Assembly (NCBI GenBank): GCA_003009755.1 | Contig: PXUB01000030.1 | Coordinates: forward strand, 36,638-100,637 | Reading direction: 5' to 3' | Source: Thermoplasmatales archaeon SW_10_69_26 | Lineage (GTDB): Archaea; Thermoplasmatota; SW-10-69-26 | DNA: 64,000 bases | In this document: one piece after another, positions 55,796 through 64,000 of the stretch | Numbering within the stretch: position 1 is the first letter of the stretch | Layout of the letters: each line of letters opens with the position of its first letter | The notes under the pieces: model-generated | What the model saw: only the letters and a program-made list of their open reading frames with translations | Told to the model about the DNA's origin: nothing | The model's database searches: none | Position numbers and translations under genes: made by a program

Positions 55796-56950
55796 CTACC
55801 GGAGCGGCTTGATGCACAGATCGACCGGTGCGCAGGTGCGCGGATCGCTGACGCGTCCGTCCTCGCCAGCGAACGTCAGCGTCGCCTCGTGCGTCGTCTC
55901 CTCGACGTGGATCCCTGCGTCCGCTGTCGCCGTGTAGGTCGTCTGGTGGTAGGTCCACGTCTCGCCGACCTCGGGGACCTCGTCGACGACGCTGACCTGC
56001 TCGGGGTCCTCGATCGAGGCGACGAGCCGAGCAGGGAGCTTTGCCTCGTGGCCGTCCTTCTGGACGGCGTAGACCTCGTAGCGATCGAAATCGCGGTCTT
56101 CATAGGGCTCCCAATGGACCGTCGCGCTCGTCCCGTCCACGGTCGGCGTCTCGACGGCGGCGAGGTCGATCATCGTGTAGTTGCGGTAGGCGCTGGCGGT
56201 GTTCGCCGCGTTGTCCTCCGCGTCGGCTCGCACGTCGAACCAGGCTCGGCCGTCGTCCGCATGCGACCAGCGGCACTCCTCCGGCGTCCCGAGGTTCTCG
56301 CAGGCGATCGGCCGCTCGTCACCGGCGAGGGGTCCGATCGAGCGATTGTAGGGTTGGACCTCCCACACCCCAGCTGCGGCCGGGCCCGGGTCCTCGGTTC
56401 GGAGCTCGACGGTCAGCTCACCCAACGCGTACGCGCGGTCACCTCCGATGCCCGGCGTCGGGGAAGCGACGGGGATGGTCTCGCCGGAGGCGAGCTGCAA
56501 CGTGGCGGCGGCCGGGTGCGCGAACCCGGGCTCGGGGGCCTGCGTGTCGAGCCAGGCGCAGTTCATCGTGCTCGCCGGCCCCACTTGGCCCGCCGTATCG
56601 ACGGCGGCGACCTCGATGCAGATCTTCCCGTCCATCGGCGCTTGAGCTTCGTAGGTCCGCTCGTCGGGCTCCGTCGCGGCTTCGTACACGGTCCCATCAT
56701 CGCCGAGGTGGTGTTCGGTGATCTCGTAGGCCGCCACGCCGTGGTCGTCGGTCGCTGGGGCCCACGTCCACGAGGGCGGTGTGTTGACGTTCCGCTCGAA
56801 ATCGCGAGCGTGGAACGGGGTCTGGAGGGTGACGTCCGACACCTCGGTGGGCGGGTCGTCCTCGCCGTCGTGGTCGGCCGGTGCCGGCGGAGCGAGGGAG
56901 ATCGCCGAACCCAGGAGGAGGACGAGTGCGGCCAAGCAGCGCGATCTCAT
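55796..56950 (-). CDS. Secreted FN3/Ig-like protein
   Basis: Signal peptide; W.PATDDHGVAAYEI and VAAVDTAGQ motifs. Confidence 0.72.
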   Translation of the reverse strand: MRSRCLAALVLLLGSAISLAPPAPADHDGEDDPPTEVSDVTLQTPFHARDFERNVNTPPSWTWAPATDDHGVAAYEITEHHLGDDGTVYEAATEPDERTYEAQAPMDGKICIEVAAVDTAGQVGPASTMNCAWLDTQAPEPGFAHPAAATLQLASGETIPVASPTPGIGGDRAYALGELTVELRTEDPGPAAAGVWEVQPYNRSIGPLAGDERPIACENLGTPEECRWSHADDGRAWFDVRADAEDNAANTASAYRNYTMIDLAAVETPTVDGTSATVHWEPYEDRDFDRYEVYAVQKDGHEAKLPARLVASIEDPEQVSVVDEVPEVGETWTYHQTTYTATADAGIHVEETTHEATLTFAGEDGRVSDPRTCAPVDLCIKPLR

Positions 56951-57119
56951 GCCGAACCCCTCAGGGGACCGGACGATGCGGTGGTCGGGGACGGAGCCTC
57001 ACAGCCACCCCAGACAACTGCAGGTATGATTCAGCCTCCAACGGGTCAACGATCCCGCCGAGGTATCAACGTTGGCCTTGCCGGCGCTGCACCCGCCCGC
57101 AAGGTCGGTTGGCGGACGA

Positions 57120-57527
57120 TCACATCCCCGTCCGCGGCTCCCCACCGCGGGCGGTCATCATGATCGCGCCGCTGACCAGCATCACCGCCGCGAGCGCGAC
57201 CATGCCCGCATCCCAGCTCATGCCGCCGGCCATCGGCATCCCGTCGGGACCGCCCGTCCAGGCCAGCCACGCCTGGTTGCCCAACATGAGGAGCGCCCAG
57301 ACCATCATCAGCGGTCCGCTGGCCGCGCCCAGCCGCTCGTGCGCCCGGGTCAAAAGCGCCAGCCCGTGGACGAGGACGATCGCTCCCAGCGCCAGCATGA
57401 GCCACGCCCCGCCGGTCATCCCCGTCCCCGTCGTCGCGACGTAGACGGAGTACAGCCCGGAGACGACAGCGATGGCGCTGCCGTACCACCGCATCAACGA
57501 CCGGCCCGGCTCGACGGGTCCATCCAT
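57120..57527 (-). CDS. Small 4-TM membrane protein, Met-rich
   Basis: Four hydrophobic segments. Confidence 0.7.
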   Translation of the reverse strand: MDGPVEPGRSLMRWYGSAIAVVSGLYSVYVATTGTGMTGGAWLMLALGAIVLVHGLALLTRAHERLGAASGPLMMVWALLMLGNQAWLAWTGGPDGMPMAGGMSWDAGMVALAAVMLVSGAIMMTARGGEPRTGM

Positions 57528-57786
57528 GGCGGCTGGGCCGACCACGGCGCCCCAGATCGTGAAACCCCGTCAACGAGGTCCTGTGGACGCTGGCGAGCCC
57601 GTCGGCCGCCAACCGTCGGCTTGGGGCCTCCGGAGATGCAGGCGGCTGGGTCGGCGCCTCCGGCTCCCGCCGACTCCTGCTTCTGGACGGTTCGAGCCGG
57701 CCCGTTCGCCGTTGCCTGTCAAGCGGAGATCGCCCTGCGCGAAGGTCCAACCACGTCCAAGACCAGGGCCATCGGGGCCTGGGTCA

Positions 57787-57873
57787 CTGCCGACCCCCGT
57801 TTCCTCTTTCGCGACCGTTTCTCTTTTCCGGGGGTCGGCAGGCGTCGAGGCCCCGTTGAAAAGAGAAAGGGTC
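57787..57873 (+). repeat. Dispersed structured intergenic repeat (pseudoknot-capable), copy 2
   Basis: Stem ctgccgacccccg/cgggggtcggcag; loop gaccgtttctcttttc complementary to gaaaagagaaagggtc. Confidence 0.8.
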
Positions 57874-57915
57874 CAGGGTAAGCGCTTATGTGCTGGCCTT
57901 CCATCGTCCGCCGCC

Positions 57916-58974
57916 GTGGCCAACGAGGGTGCCTCCGAGACCGGACCGACGACGCCGCTGGCCGCCCTCCACGAGGACCGGGGGGCCAAGTTCACGTCCT
58001 TCGCGGGATGGCAGATGCCCTTGCAGTTCACGTCCATCCTCGACGAGCACGAGGCCGTGCGGGAGCGCGTCGGCGTGTTCGACGTCTCCCACATGGGGAA
58101 CCTCGAGGTCCCCGACACGCAAGCCGAGGAGCTGGCCTCGGCCCTCGGGGCCGACGTCACCGAGCTCGCCGCCGAGCGGGCCCGCTACACGCTCGTCCTC
58201 GAGGACGAGGGCACGATCCTCGACGACGTGATCGTCTTCCACCGCGGCGACCGCTTCCACGTGGTCCCCAACGCGGGACGCAACGAGGTCGTCGGGAACC
58301 GGCTCGAAGACCAAGGCTGCGGCGTCGCGGACCTCACCCGCGACCGATGCATCCTGGCGCTCCAGGGCCCGGAGGTGCACGAGACCCTCGAGGAGGCCAC
58401 CGGGCTCGAGCATCCCGGCCGGTTCCGCCTGACCGAGCTGCCCGAGCAGGAAGGCTTCGTCTCCGGCACCGGCTACACCGGCGAGGAGGGCGTCGAGTTC
58501 GTCGTCGACCCCGAGCACGCCAAAGCCCTGTGGTCCGACCTGGTGGACGCCGGCGCCGACCCCGCCGGGCTCGGCGCCCGCGACACCCTGCGCCTGGAGA
58601 AGGGCTTCCCGCTGGCGGGCAACGAGTTCGACCCGCCAGTCACGCCGGTCGAAGCCCAGATGCTGTGGGCGATCGATCTCGAGCACGACTTCGTCGGTCG
58701 TAGCGAGGTCGTCACCCGACGCGAGGCCGGCCCCGAGCGCCTGCTCACCGGCGTCAAGCTGCAGGAGAAGGGCATCCCTCGGCGGGACTGCCCGGTCCTG
58801 CAGGACGGCGACCGCGTCGGCCGCATCAGCTCCGGCACGATGAGCCCCTCCCTGGGCGTCGGCATCGGGCTGGCGTACCTCGAGCCCGAGGTCGCCGAGG
58901 AGGGCACCGAGATCGCCGTCGAGGTCCGCGAGCGCGAGCTCTCCGCCCTGATCGAGGAGGCACCGTTCCTGTGA
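57916..58974 (+). CDS. gcvT: Glycine cleavage T protein
   Basis: FAGWQMP, FDVSHMG, GYTGEEG and GLGARDTLRLEKG motifs. Confidence 0.95.
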   Translation: MANEGASETGPTTPLAALHEDRGAKFTSFAGWQMPLQFTSILDEHEAVRERVGVFDVSHMGNLEVPDTQAEELASALGADVTELAAERARYTLVLEDEGTILDDVIVFHRGDRFHVVPNAGRNEVVGNRLEDQGCGVADLTRDRCILALQGPEVHETLEEATGLEHPGRFRLTELPEQEGFVSGTGYTGEEGVEFVVDPEHAKALWSDLVDAGADPAGLGARDTLRLEKGFPLAGNEFDPPVTPVEAQMLWAIDLEHDFVGRSEVVTRREAGPERLLTGVKLQEKGIPRRDCPVLQDGDRVGRISSGTMSPSLGVGIGLAYLEPEVAEEGTEIAVEVRERELSALIEEAPFL

Positions 58975-59029
58975 GCCGAGACAACGGCAGCCAAACCCTG
59001 GCACCGACCGATCTGTTGGAGGCCTGAAC

Positions 59030-59425
59030 GTGGGATTCGACACACCCGAGGACGTCCGTTACACCGAGGAGCACGAGTGGATCAAGGACGAGGGCGACGG
59101 CGAAGCCCGCATCGGCATCACCGACTTCGCCCAGGACCAGCTCACCGACGTCGTCTACGTCGATCTGCCCTTCACCGAGGAGGAGTTCGACCAAGGCGAC
59201 GCCATGATGGTCGTCGAATCGGTGAAAAGCGTCTCCGACGTCTACGCGCCCGTCGACTGCACCGTGACGGACATCAACGAGGAGCTGGAGACCGCGCCCG
59301 AGCTCGTCAACGAGGACCCCTACGGCGACGGCTGGATGGCCCTCGTCGAGCTCGACGATCCCTCCCAACTCGACGAGCTCATGGACGCCGAGGACTACCG
59401 CGAGTTCACCGAGAACGAGGCCTAA
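59030..59425 (+). CDS. gcvH: Glycine cleavage H protein
   Basis: HEW, GITDFAQ, lipoyl-Lys ESVKS and NEDPYGDGW motifs. Confidence 0.97.
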   Translation: MGFDTPEDVRYTEEHEWIKDEGDGEARIGITDFAQDQLTDVVYVDLPFTEEEFDQGDAMMVVESVKSVSDVYAPVDCTVTDINEELETAPELVNEDPYGDGWMALVELDDPSQLDELMDAEDYREFTENEA

Positions 59426-59428
59426 CCC

Positions 59429-60759
<1,331 letters not shown>

Positions 60760-60763
<4 letters not shown>

Positions 60764-62250
60764 TGCCCGACGAAGACCGAGGCTTCCGGCAGGCCTACTG
60801 GGACGAGCCCACGCTGTTCGACCTCGACGAGGGCCCCCAGCCCAGCGACCAGTTCCCCGAGGGCGCCGACCACGGCCTGCCCGAGGACCTGACCCGCGAG
60901 GACGCCGGCGTGCCGACCGTGATGCGCTCGCGCGTCACGCGGCACTTCACGCGGCTGGCGCAGATGACCTACGGCGTCGACACCGGCACGTACCCGCTGG
61001 GGTCGTGCACGATGAAGTACAACGCCAAGGCCGCCGAGCTGCTCGCCCAGGACGAGGGCCTCCTGCACGCCCACCCGCTGCAGCGCGAGGAGGACGTCCA
61101 GGGCATCCTCGAGCTGCTGTACGACCTCGGCGACCGCCTGCGCGAGATCGCCGGCCTCGACGCCGTCACCTTGCAACCGGCGGCCGGCGCCCAAGGCGAG
61201 TTCGTCGCCATGCGCATGGTGCGCGCCTACTTCGAGGATCGCGGCGAGCTCGGCGAGGACAGCCGCTGCGAGGTCGTCATCCCCGACAGCGCCCACGGCA
61301 CCAACCCGGCCAGCGCCGCCATGGCCGGCTTCGACGTGCTCGAGATCCCCTCCGGCGACGACGGCTGCGTGGACCTGAGCGCGCTCGAGGACGCCCTCTC
61401 CGAGCGCACCGCGGCCTTCATGCTCACCAACCCCAACACGCTGGGCCTCTTCGAGCAGAACGTCGAGAAGATCGCCGAGATGGTGCACGACGTCGGCGCC
61501 AAGCTGTACTACGACGGCGCCAACCTCAACGCGATCCTCGGTGTCACCTCGCCCGGCGCCATGGGGTTCGATCTGGCCCACTTCAACGTCCACAAGACGT
61601 TCGCCACGCCCCACGGCGGCGGCGGACCCGGCGCGGGCCCGGTCGCCTGCACCGACGAACTGGAACCCTACCTGCCGGTGCCCCGCATCACCCGCGACCC
61701 CGAGGCCGAGCCCGAGCACCGCCTCGACTGGGAGCGCGAGGACTCGATCGGTGCCGTGCGCGGCTTCCACGGCAACGTCGGCGTGCTCGTGCGCGCGGCG
61801 GCCTACATCCTGATGCACGGCAGCGACGGCCTGGCCGACAACACCCGGCGCGCCGTCGCCAACGCCAACTACGTCCACCAGCGCATCAAGGACGCCTACC
61901 CGGCCCCCGGCGGCGACCTGAAGAAGCACGAGTTCGTCGCCAGCGCCGCCGACCTCGAGGAGACGAAAGGCATCACGGCCAAGGACGTAGCCAAGCGCCT
62001 GCTCGACCACGGCATCCACGCCCCGCAGACCTACTGGCCGATGGTCGTCGACGAGGCCTTGATGATCGAGCCCACCGAGACCGAGAGCCGCGAGGAGCTG
62101 GACGCCTTCGTCGACGCGCTGTTGTCGATCGCCGACGAGGACCCCGAGACGGTCACCTCGGCCCCGCACACGACGGCGCTGTCCCGCGTCGACGACGTCG
62201 GGGCGGCCCGCAACCCGATCCTCACCTGGGACCAGGCCAACGACGAGTAG
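60760..62250 (+). CDS. gcvPB: Glycine dehydrogenase subunit 2
   Basis: PLGSCTMKYN, SAHGTNPASA, HKTFATPHGGGGPG and IEPTETES motifs. Confidence 0.96.
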
Positions 62251-62305
62251 GTTCGCCACCGTCCCGGGAGAACCCTCATCGGGTAGGGGACGGATCACGG
62301 CCTCG

Positions 62306-62710
62306 ATGGATCCGGACAAGGCCCAGCGCCTGCTTTCGTTCCTCACTGCCCTCGGCTTCGCGATGGCGATCCTCGGCGCCGTCGGCGAGCTGCTGGGTTG
62401 GTGGAACGACGTCGGGCAGGCCCTCATGGTGCTCGGTGCGCTCGTCGGCGTCGTCGTGGGCGCCGCCAGCGTGACGGCCGGCTCGACGAACACCCAGGTC
62501 CGTCGCGTGCGCGAGGGCGTGGACGCGGCCCGCGTCCGCCTGGGGTCGATGGACGGCAGGCTCGACGCGGTCCACGGCAAGCTGGACTCGATGGACGGGA
62601 AGCTGGACAGGCTCGACGAGCTCGACGTGATCGAAGCCGAGCTGAACGCCCAGACCGGCGCACTCGACCGCCAGATCCAGGTCCTCGAGGAGATCCGAGA
62701 CACCGTCTGA
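62306..62710 (+). CDS. 2-TM protein with C-terminal coiled coil
   Basis: Two TM helices then heptad repeats (LGSMDGRLDAVHGKLDSMDGKLD). Confidence 0.7.
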   Translation: MDPDKAQRLLSFLTALGFAMAILGAVGELLGWWNDVGQALMVLGALVGVVVGAASVTAGSTNTQVRRVREGVDAARVRLGSMDGRLDAVHGKLDSMDGKLDRLDELDVIEAELNAQTGALDRQIQVLEEIRDTV

Positions 62711-62796
62711 GCAGGCGGGCGAGGCGTCTTCGGTCCCGCGGACCTGGCGCTGGACGAGGGCCAAGGCTTTCGGGCAGGCCCGCCTAGAGCCGCCCG

Positions 62797-63915
62797 ATGT
62801 CGGAGCGGCAGCGGATCGGCCTCATCCTGAACCCGATCGCCGGCATGGGCGGCCCCGTCGCCCTCAAGGGCACCGACGACGCCATCGCGGAGGCCCGAGC
62901 CCGCGGCGCCGAGCCCGTCTCGCCCGGCCGCGCTCGCCGGTTCCTCGACGTCTTGGACGTCCAGGCCGAGATCCTCACCTGCTCGGGCCCGATGGGCGCC
63001 GACGTCTGCACCGAGGCCGGGTTCGAGCCGACGATCGTGCTCGGGGTCCGCGAGCCGACCACGCCCGACGACACCGAGGCCGCCGCCCGCCGCCTGCTGG
63101 ACGAGGGCGTGGACCTGCTCGTGTTCGTCGGCGGCGACGGCACCGCCGTCGACATCGCGCAAGCCATCGACCACGAGGTCCCCGTGCTGGGCGTCCCCGG
63201 TGGCGTCAAGATGAACAGCGCCGTCTTCGGTGAGACGCCCGAGCGCGCCGCCCGCGCCGTCCACGACGCTCTCGCCGGGCGAACCCCGATCCACACCGTC
63301 GACGTCGTCGAGGTCGACGAGGACCGCCTGCGCGAGGGCGAGATCGAGCGCGTCGAGCTCGGCTCCCTGCGCGTCCCCGATCACCGCAACCTGCAAGCCG
63401 GCAAGGCAGCCTCCGGCGGCGGGCTGGCCCCGATCGTCGAGGCCGGCCGCGAGCTCGCCCAGCCCGGCACCCGGCTCGTGCTCGGTCCGGGCTCGACGGT
63501 GAACGCGATCGAGGACGAGCTCCTCGGCGAGGGCCAGGGCACGCTGCTCGGCGTCGACCTCGTCACGGTCGACGAGGACGGGAGGGCCGAGCTGGCGATC
63601 GCCGACGCCACGGCCGAGGACCTGGCCGACGAGGACGAGGCCCTGATCGTCGTCTCACCGATCGGCGGCCAAGGCTTCGTCGTCGGCCGGGGCAACCAGC
63701 AGCTGTCGCCCGGCCTGCTCACCCGGGTCGGCTGGGACAACGTCCGCGTCGTCGCCACGCCCACGAAGCTGAACGAGCTGGAGGCCCTGCGCGCCGACAC
63801 CGGCGACCGTGACCTCGACGAGCGGGCGCCGGCCTACGTCGACGTCCTCACGGGCCCCGGCTTCCGCACGCGCAAGCGGTTGATCGCCGGGACCGAAAGT
63901 GCCCGCCGGCGATGA
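62797..63915 (+). CDS. ATP-NAD kinase-like protein (COG3199 type)
   Basis: NPIAGMGG..ALKGTD, GGDGT, GVKMNS and GGQGF..GRGNQQ motifs. Confidence 0.85.
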   Translation: MSERQRIGLILNPIAGMGGPVALKGTDDAIAEARARGAEPVSPGRARRFLDVLDVQAEILTCSGPMGADVCTEAGFEPTIVLGVREPTTPDDTEAAARRLLDEGVDLLVFVGGDGTAVDIAQAIDHEVPVLGVPGGVKMNSAVFGETPERAARAVHDALAGRTPIHTVDVVEVDEDRLREGEIERVELGSLRVPDHRNLQAGKAASGGGLAPIVEAGRELAQPGTRLVLGPGSTVNAIEDELLGEGQGTLLGVDLVTVDEDGRAELAIADATAEDLADEDEALIVVSPIGGQGFVVGRGNQQLSPGLLTRVGWDNVRVVATPTKLNELEALRADTGDRDLDERAPAYVDVLTGPGFRTRKRLIAGTESARRR

Positions 63916-64000
63916 TGGACGACCCGGGCCCATCGTCCCGACGTGGGGGATCGGGCGGTGGCCTCGAGCGGAGCTCTCGAACCCCGGCCCGCTCGGGTCG

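Noticed and set aside
57530-57915. Glycine riboswitch upstream of gcvT
   Set aside because: No recognisable aptamer core; the structure present is a dispersed repeat also found away from glycine genes, and the promoter appears to lie 3' of it.

Overview
High-GC DNA encoding strongly acidic (Asp/Glu-rich) proteins, from an archaeon. The archaeal assignment rests on an archaeal-type GlyRS, a COG1395-type regulator, DUF1405, an archaellin-like gene, a tRNA without encoded CCA and TATA-like boxes about 25-35 nt before starts. A halophilic 'salt-in' lineage, possibly Thermoplasmatota, is inferred but not established. Housekeeping content: tRNA-Gly(GCC), glyS, gcvT-H-PA-PB, an ABC-2 exporter, a class III aminotransferase, a DAACS symporter, egtB-egtD, a threonine-synthase-like enzyme, a SNF2 ATPase, a Trm9-like methyltransferase, an ArsA/Get3-like ATPase pair and two glycosyltransferases. 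There are many secreted or surface proteins (PKD, FN3, Kelch, BNR, S8 and S1 proteases, a 1675-aa protein). Mobile DNA includes a fully delimited but frameshifted IS1595 beside the tRNA. The most interesting unexplained structures are: (1) a GxxExxY PD-(D/E)XK nuclease gene boxed by inverted arms of four tandem octamers, with gene-less relatives in other intergenic regions, a candidate small mobile or repeat-spreading system; (2) a dispersed intergenic repeat that keeps a pseudoknot-like fold through compensatory changes; (3) direct and inverted copies of the tRNA-Gly 3' end in a structured trailer; (4) a GlcD-like flavoprotein whose 4Fe-4S/CCG cysteines are lost but which carries a 2Fe-2S ferredoxin. 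All protein calls come from motifs recognised by eye; no searches were run.
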